From Raillietiella orientalis (Eukaryota), in the NCBI GenBank assembly GCA_036172245.1, contig JAYWIR010000022.1:2542001-2606000 (forward strand): 64,000 nucleotides of DNA. Reading direction: 5' to 3'. Shown here piece after piece: positions 61,966-64,000 of the stretch. Both the position numbers and the translations under genes were made by a program. Under the pieces are notes generated by a model. It worked only from the letters and a program-made list of their open reading frames with translations. It was not told the DNA's origin and did no database searches. Every line of letters begins with the position of its first letter. Position 1 is the first letter of the stretch.

Positions 61966-61969
61966 TTTT
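61966..61969 (+). terminator. Pol III terminator (T4) of the tRNA gene
   Basis: TTTT begins 8 nt after the discriminator base. Confidence 0.6.
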
Positions 61970-64000
61970 GCCTCGCTGCTCGGGCGAGGCGCTTTCCGTG
62001 CCGGTGTGAATGAACGCCGTTTCCGAGCAACCGTTCTCTTCCGTGTGTGACTTTCGCTTTTTGTTTCCCTGCGGTGGGAGCAGCGCTGGTAGGCGAAACG
62101 AGAGCCCCCCCCCCTCCCCCCCCCCGAAATCTGGGATTGCGATGGCGCTCGGATGCTGCGGGCACGGCCCGAGTCGGACCGACCACGGCTGTGGTTTTTT
62201 TCCTTTCCGTTCACGACCGATCCTGATGTGCCTCCCGGGTTCGCATCCTCGAATGCAGCCACGAAGGAATCCGAAGGAATCCTTTTCTTTTTTTAAAGGA
62301 GGGAAGCAAAAAAAGAGAAGAAAGAAAAGCCACGCAGCTGCAGAGATGCGTTGGGGCGACGCATGCGTATTGCATCACTCGCCGTGGCGCACGGCACGTC
62401 TGCTTCTGCCGGCATACGCCTCACAGGGAGGGAGGCGACGCTTCCGAGAAACCGATCCCTCGGAAGTGGGCGTATGAAGAAAATCGAAAACCCTTTCTCG
62501 CGTCGTGCATCTCGAAAATTATGACGTACCGCGTTTAAGTTAATCACCTAATTTTTCGCAGTCGCTCTGAGAAAGGCTCGTGATCTGGAGGTTCGAGACG
62601 GCCACGCTGAGGAGCCCGCCTGCTTCGTGATGCTTCGGCCCACCAAAGGAACCACTCGCCACTCGCACCCCCCACCCCCACTCCTCCTTCCCCTCAAAAA
62701 AAGGAGGAAAAGAAAGGAAACGAAATCAATCCACCGAAGGTGAAAGTGACACCTCCGAAGGAGAGCCGAAGGAGGGAACCACCCCGGCCCGAACACCATT
62801 CCAGGATTGCCCGAGGCGGAGACGCGCGGGGCTCGGCGGTTGCCTGGCGAACACCCGCGGGTGTCACTTTATTTACGCTTAGCAGGCCGAGTGGCCTCCC
62901 CATTTCACCCCCTCCCCCGCACTTCGGAACGCTCCGTGATGGTTGCAACTGCTGACAGGTGGCTTTTGATTGTCCTCTGAAAGTGATCCAGCCAAAGATC
63001 GGATGCACGAGGCGGGGGGAGGGGGGGGGGCAAGTCCACCACCTCCTCGGTGAGTCCTTCCCTACACTTCAGATGCGACCCTTGTGTGTCCGATGTTGCT
63101 GAATCACCGCACTTGCGACGGAACCCACACGGATCCCCGATTTTAAGAGACGTGTTGAGCCCCCCACCCTCGGTTTTCCCGTCGCCCTGCATTGCACGCG
63201 TCCACCGTCCGTCCGTTGGCACGCGAAATGTTCGAAAAAAAAAAGGGACGCTTTCCGCACTTTGTGATGGGAGTGGGTTCCTTGTTCCGTGCTCGTCTAC
63301 CGTCCTCTTTTGAAACGAACTCATCCGGAAGTCCTCGTTTCAGAAGAAAAGAAAAAGCTGTTTCATTTCCATCTCGCTAACCCCCCCCCCCCCCCAAAGG
63401 AAAGAAAGACAAAGGAAGCCACGGAAACAGTCGGCGGAGAGGACCTATCGCGTTCGTATGCCGAGCCCGAAGAGAAGACAGGGAAATCGAAGATCGCCTG
63501 CTGCTAGGAAACACGCGGTCCATTCGAGAGACGGCATCGTCGTCTGAGTGCTGGAAGTGCTTCAGCCGGGTAGGTAAAGACGGTCATGTGCGGCCAACCC
63601 AAAAGGCCCCACGCTCCTCCGAGTGGTTTCCAGGCAACGCAGAGACGCCCCAAGTGGAAAATGGATCGTGGAAAAGTCACGCCGTGCTCTCCTAAAATCG
63701 CCCAAGCCGAGTTTCAAAAATACTCGAGGAAGCATTTTAGAAAGTCGGTTGAACAGCCAGAAAATTCCATGCCGCTATTGTTTTTTTCTCTCTCCAGTCG
63801 ATCCGCTGTTGATTTCTTCTTAGAAAGAAGAAGAAAAGGCAAAAACAAGATCTTGTTGATGTTTTCATTCACTAGGCTGCTGACCCGGTCCCAAGGGCAG
63901 GGATTCTTCAAAGACTCCATTTCTACACACTTCTTGCGCTCAACTCCGGCTCAAGATGCTCGCTCATGGTCTCCGAGGATATTGCAGGGTGCACTTGAAA

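Overview
Eukaryotic (animal, most likely arthropod) genomic DNA containing two convergent, intron-containing protein-coding genes and one tRNA gene. (1) On the + strand, a ZNF800-like C2H2 zinc-finger gene: 5 coding exons, 3557-6244, about 826 aa, introns of only 45-68 nt, in an AT-rich, CpG-poor first ~10 kb. (2) On the - strand, a prickle (planar cell polarity) gene: 6 coding exons from 38124 down to 12843, about 840 aa, with PET, 3 LIM domains, the conserved C-terminal motif and a CaaX end (CIIT). Its first coding exon encodes a motif matching my recollection of the Drosophila Spiny-legs (Sple) isoform N-terminus (NLLMCKQWWKVCWMYGDQEKYYRKLY). That exon can splice in phase onto the second half of a Prickle3/Testin-type Cys-rich domain. 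The last prickle intron is a 44-nt GC-AG intron. (3) tRNA-Val(TAC) at 61886-61958. The rest (~10.5-64 kb) is CpG-rich, mostly non-coding intronic or upstream DNA whose many overlapping ORFs look spurious. No prokaryotic-type system, CRISPR array or intact transposon ORF was found. All homology calls are from recognition of motifs, not database searches.
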